Positions 22,830-25,761 of a stretch of 25,761 bases of DNA are shown piece by piece. A program made the translations under genes and the position numbers. The notes under the pieces are model-generated. The model saw only the letters and a list, made by a program, of their open reading frames with translations. It had not been told where the DNA came from and ran no database searches. Numbering within the stretch: position 1 is the stretch's first letter; each line of letters starts with the position of its first letter. The DNA is taken from positions 1-25,761 of the IMG/VR virus record IMGVR_UViG_3300009526_000055; one strand, written 5' to 3'. The DNA is from a virus. Taxonomy: Duplodnaviria; Caudoviricetes.

Positions 22830-23270
22830 TTAATTCAGTAACCCATTATTTTCGTCAAATGTCAATCTTAATTTTTCTGACACATTATATTTGACGTATG
22901 TTAGTTCAACTTCTATCTGTAACCCCGATTCAAATGGTGTTACAATCACTGTGTTCGCTGTTATTCTGGGATCAGTGTCGATTATTTTGATGATATCCTC
23001 TTTAATTGCTTCTTCTAGATCTGGTGTTAAAGGATCGTGTATTATATCCCATATGATTGTGCCAAACTCTGGATTTTCAAGTTTCTCACCTTGTGATATA
23101 TGGAAATGATTCAATAAATCCTGTTTGATTAATCCTATATCATTTAAACTGAATGTTGTGTTGTCTGGATTCACAGTGCTTAACCCTCTGTACATTCTTT
23201 GTGTAGCAGGTGTCTTGGCTGTTTGAGCAGATGTAACTGTGACTTCTTTATATAATTTTTTGTGTGCCAT
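22830..23270 (-). CDS. gp25: Baseplate wedge / sheath-initiator protein, gp25/GPW family, 146 aa
   Basis: LIKQDLLNHFHISQGEKLENPEFGTIIWDIIHDP...IIDTDPRI matches the gp25 pattern (GER...PEFG...EPR). It sits between PAAR and gp6. Confidence 0.92.
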   Translation of the reverse strand: MAHKKLYKEVTVTSAQTAKTPATQRMYRGLSTVNPDNTTFSLNDIGLIKQDLLNHFHISQGEKLENPEFGTIIWDIIHDPLTPDLEEAIKEDIIKIIDTDPRITANTVIVTPFESGLQIEVELTYVKYNVSEKLRLTFDENNGLLN

Positions 23271-23275
23271 AATGA

Positions 23276-23281
23276 TATTTA
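23276..23281 (-). promoter_or_regulatory. Putative late promoter core TAAATA overlapping the PAAR stop, 5 nt before the gp25 ATG
   Basis: Minus strand reads GGT TAA ATATCATT ATG. Confidence 0.55.
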
Positions 23282-23551
23282 ACCAGCAATTACTTTACTA
23301 CTACCAGTAGCGGTGTGTCCACAAGTTGCCGCGTCTCCTTCCCTGCATATGAATATTGAATTTGCTTTTACTTTTGCACTGCTACCGCTCATAGTGGCAT
23401 CACAGTGCGGAGGTACTGGACAAGGTGCATGAGCTTCCACTGCCGCTCCAACAACAACAATCGGTACTCCTTCCACAATAACTTTTGGTGCTAAATTACC
23501 AACTATTGTGCCTACTGCTGTGTCTACGCCTACTCTACTAATACCTGGCAT
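23279..23551 (-). CDS. PAAR-repeat spike tip protein (T4 gp5.4-like), 90 aa
   Basis: Three degenerate PAAR repeats (PGISRVGVD; KVIVEGVPIVVVG; KVKANSIFICREGD), a terminal GSSKVIAG and a His/Cys cluster. It lies directly after the spike gene with a TAATG overlap and a GAGGA RBS. Confidence 0.9.
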   Translation of the reverse strand: MPGISRVGVDTAVGTIVGNLAPKVIVEGVPIVVVGAAVEAHAPCPVPPHCDATMSGSSAKVKANSIFICREGDAATCGHTATGSSKVIAG

Positions 23552-25032
23552 TATGTCCTCGCATTTTTAAATGTGTCTGGGATATTGATTGGTTCTGCAA
23601 CCACAATATCTGACGGTTCGTTTCTGTCTGTTTTAGCCAACGCAACTGCCATTGGATCAAAATTTTCATGATGGCTCCATGGCTCGTGTTGTGGCACACG
23701 TTTCATGATGCTTTCATTTGCTTCGCCTGGAAGGCTGAAAGCCGCTAACGGCGGTACCGGTGTTGCGACAGCAATGCCACTGGCTAGATTTAATAATCCA
23801 CCTACATCAAGATTTATGTTGCCGCCAGCATAATGATTGGTCGTGCCTCCAACTGTGATTGTTTGTGCGCCGCCTACTTCCACAGTTTGTGCACCAGTGG
23901 TCAATAAGTTGTGTGTTGTAGACTCTTGATTAACTGTGGCACTTTTTAAATTGATATCTCTACCTGCTTCTAGATTGAAATCTCTATCTGTTTTAAAGTT
24001 GAAATCGCCTTTGCTGTGAACACTCACACTGTCTTGTGCATAAAAATCAATCTTGCCGTTGGCAGTCATTTCAATCCATGCTGTGCCATTGGCATTGGCA
24101 ATGTAGATTAAATCTTCTGAATTGTGCAACAACAGTTGATGTCCTGTTCTTGTTCTTATTCTAAACAGTTCATTGTGTGGAGTATTTTTATCACCCTCAA
24201 TCACATCATCACCAATTTCAATGTTGGTGTACTGCATTGGTCCGTCTTTGGCTTTGGTTTTTCTTATAAATTTGTCATCTCCATCATCCATAACAAATGA
24301 TGTTCCACCTGTTCTTGCTGTGACCACTGGTTTATTTTGTGTGAACACTTTGTCTATAGGTCCTGGAGTGTTTATACCAAACACACTTGAAGGCACTTCA
24401 CGTCTTGCACTTGATGTGGTTAGTCCTCTGATTTCATCTGCAATCAATCCTTGGTTGTCCAACACTGCTTTGAATAATCTGTTGATGGGTTTTTTGATCT
24501 GTAAGGGTTTGTCTGCAGGTTTATCTGCAAATTTTAATTTGTTGTGTTCGCCCACAGGCATTTTTTTGCCTCTGATATCTGCATCTGCAGGATCTTCATT
24601 CAGTTCAGAATCTGTTGTGTCTGTGTTGCTCATGGCAGGTGTTGATCCTGGGATCATCACATTCATTAATTCTTGTGGAATGCATCCTGTCCAAAATGCT
24701 CTGTTGATGTTGCCTTCTATGAATTGAATCATAACTCTGTTGCCCACATCAGGTGGCACAAACCACATACCATAACTCTGTTGGCTGTCTCTGTGATCCT
24801 TGTTCTTAGCAAGTCCTGCCACATCAGTGGTTCCGTAGAACGGACTGAGATATTTTGCTGTGATGAATTGTCCTGTGTTTGTTCTGTTGCCTGAATCCAA
24901 TGTTTTAACCAATTCAACTTCAATGGCTCCACTGAATTTAGGATCCAACACATTTCTCACAATGGCTTCGAAAGGTCCTTGATCTTTTTTAGGATCTACT
25001 GCAAATGATTTTCGTTTGTTGTTGTTTGCCAT
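23551..25032 (-). CDS. gp5: Baseplate central spike, gp5/VgrG-like (OB-fold + beta-helix, no lysozyme domain), 493 aa
   Basis: OB-fold motifs GPFEAIVRNVLDP...YGMWFVPPDVGNRVMIQFIEGNINRAFWTGCI, followed by RIRTRTGHQLLLHN and the beta-helix repeats QTVEVGGAQTITVGG...GGNINLDVGG. It is followed by PAAR. Confidence 0.88.
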   Translation of the reverse strand: MANNNKRKSFAVDPKKDQGPFEAIVRNVLDPKFSGAIEVELVKTLDSGNRTNTGQFITAKYLSPFYGTTDVAGLAKNKDHRDSQQSYGMWFVPPDVGNRVMIQFIEGNINRAFWTGCIPQELMNVMIPGSTPAMSNTDTTDSELNEDPADADIRGKKMPVGEHNKLKFADKPADKPLQIKKPINRLFKAVLDNQGLIADEIRGLTTSSARREVPSSVFGINTPGPIDKVFTQNKPVVTARTGGTSFVMDDGDDKFIRKTKAKDGPMQYTNIEIGDDVIEGDKNTPHNELFRIRTRTGHQLLLHNSEDLIYIANANGTAWIEMTANGKIDFYAQDSVSVHSKGDFNFKTDRDFNLEAGRDINLKSATVNQESTTHNLLTTGAQTVEVGGAQTITVGGTTNHYAGGNINLDVGGLLNLASGIAVATPVPPLAAFSLPGEANESIMKRVPQHEPWSHHENFDPMAVALAKTDRNEPSDIVVAEPINIPDTFKNART

Positions 25033-25760
25033 TATTCTACCGGTTTACTTGTTTGTATTTGTTTTGTGTTTTCACTTGAACCTTCTTTGGCATCAATTGT
25101 TGTGTTACCACTTCTAATGATGGTCAGTGTTTGTTCAAATTTACCTGATCTAAAATTATTTGCCAACGTGATCACTCTGTACAGTCCGCTGAACTCTCCC
25201 AGTCTCACATGTTCTCCCATGCCATTCACATATCCGCCGGTATTGGGAAATATAAAGTTGTCACCATTTTTTTCATAATCAATTGGTGTTTGAAAATTAA
25301 CTTCCACATAACACATTCTGTCTATGTAATTGATTTCAGCTCTGCCATTGCCCATGTATTTTCTTCCTGTGGCAGTTAAATCTCCTTTGTCAGTGTAATA
25401 ACTTCTTGGATCAACAAAATATTTTGTTGGCTCATTTGAATTCATCATGCCGCTGGTTGGTAAGAAATAAGGATCACCTATGATGGTTAAATCCAGTTTG
25501 ATCAAATCCACATTACTGTTTATGATTCTATCATTCATTGATCTGGCTATTTTTAATTCCATTGATTCATTTTCTGTTCCTTCACCGCTTTGCGAGCCTT
25601 CACCTTTCACTCCTGCAGATGTTGATGTGCCTTTAAGATCATGTCTTGCTGGTGTCATAGTGTGTATCACTGTTTCTTTAACTGTTGAACTGTTTGCGTC
25701 TGTTTTGTTTTTGTCAGCAGAAGAAGAATTTGCACTCTTGCCCAAATTGGCTGGTACAGA
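25032..25760 (-). CDS. C-terminal part of a probable baseplate hub protein (gp27 / late-control-D-like); 5'-truncated by window edge
   Basis: The frame stays open upstream of the TTG at 25745 to the window end (...SVPANLGKS...), so the track's start is probably not the real one. Motifs LDLTIIGDPYFL and FSGLYRVITLANNFRSGKFEQTLTIIR are typical of hub C-termini. It is immediately upstream of the spike. Confidence 0.7.
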   Translation of the reverse strand, partial: SVPANLGKSANSSSADKNKTDANSSTVKETVIHTMTPARHDLKGTSTSAGVKGEGSQSGEGTENESMELKIARSMNDRIINSNVDLIKLDLTIIGDPYFLPTSGMMNSNEPTKYFVDPRSYYTDKGDLTATGRKYMGNGRAEINYIDRMCYVEVNFQTPIDYEKNGDNFIFPNTGGYVNGMGEHVRLGEFSGLYRVITLANNFRSGKFEQTLTIIRSGNTTIDAKEGSSENTKQIQTSKPVE

Positions 25761-25761
25761 A

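Larger units (their letters stand above)
1..25761 (-). mobile_element. Segment of a large contractile-tailed (T4-superfamily-like, probably jumbo) bacteriophage genome: baseplate/tail-tip module
   Basis: Nine tightly packed co-directional ORFs with hub, gp5-like, PAAR, gp25, gp6-like and tail-collar motifs. TAAATA late-type boxes lie in the gaps. No host genes or integration functions are present. The 'jumbo' label is inferred from the very large wedge proteins. Confidence 0.9.

Noticed and set aside
20692-24953. Alternative-frame minus-strand ORFs 20692..20976 and 24729..24953
   Set aside because: They are short, fully nested out of frame in gp6 and gp5, and have no recognisable motif. There is no evidence for overprinting.
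464-25278. About 20 short plus-strand ORFs in the track (e.g. 773..1081, 8860..9255, 24173..24727)
   Set aside because: All lie antisense within long, motif-bearing minus-strand genes. They mostly start at GTG/TTG and show no recognisable motifs. They are typical antisense shadows produced by codon bias.
25743-25745. TTG start for the 237-aa ORF
   Set aside because: The frame is open to the window edge, so this is a truncated longer gene.
1-25761. Stop-codon reassignment (as in some jumbo phages), suggested by exclusive TAA stops
   Set aside because: About 25 kb of coding sequence reads without any in-frame TAG or TGA under code 11, so those codons are not used as sense codons here.
19325-25761. 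Bacterial eCIS/T6SS/tailocin locus (VgrG-like, PAAR, gp25, baseplate-J-like genes)
   Set aside because: The T4-type gp6, T4-late-like boxes, phage-type fibres and absence of AAA ATPase, Tss or effector genes favour a phage. This cannot be fully excluded without flanking sequence.

Overview
The window is one co-directional (minus-strand), AT-rich segment that is about 99.7% coding (only about 84 nt are intergenic). It comes from a large contractile-tailed (myovirus-type, T4-superfamily-like, probably jumbo) bacteriophage and encodes the baseplate/tail-tip module. In transcription order (right to left) the genes are: a partial gp27-like hub; a gp5/VgrG-like central spike with no lysozyme domain; a PAAR (gp5.4-like) tip; gp25; an enlarged gp6 wedge (1151 aa); a giant 4891-aa protein in the gp7 position; a 203-aa baseplate/fibre-attachment protein; and two paralogous fibre proteins. 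One fibre has a tail-collar domain. The other is truncated by the window edge and was missed by the ORF track. Genes are linked by TAATG stop/start overlaps, and all three intergenic gaps longer than 3 nt carry a T4-late-like TAAATA box. The most striking item is the giant gp7-position protein. It reads as a baseplate scaffold decorated with adhesin-like modules: a 7-blade FG-GAP-like propeller split by a ~540-aa insert, four CBM5/12-like modules, a cupredoxin-like domain lacking its metal ligands, and about 10 Ig-like repeats, one nested inside another. I saw no tRNA, rRNA, CRISPR array, intron/intein, DGR or stop-codon recoding. All assignments come from reading motifs by eye, not from database searches.
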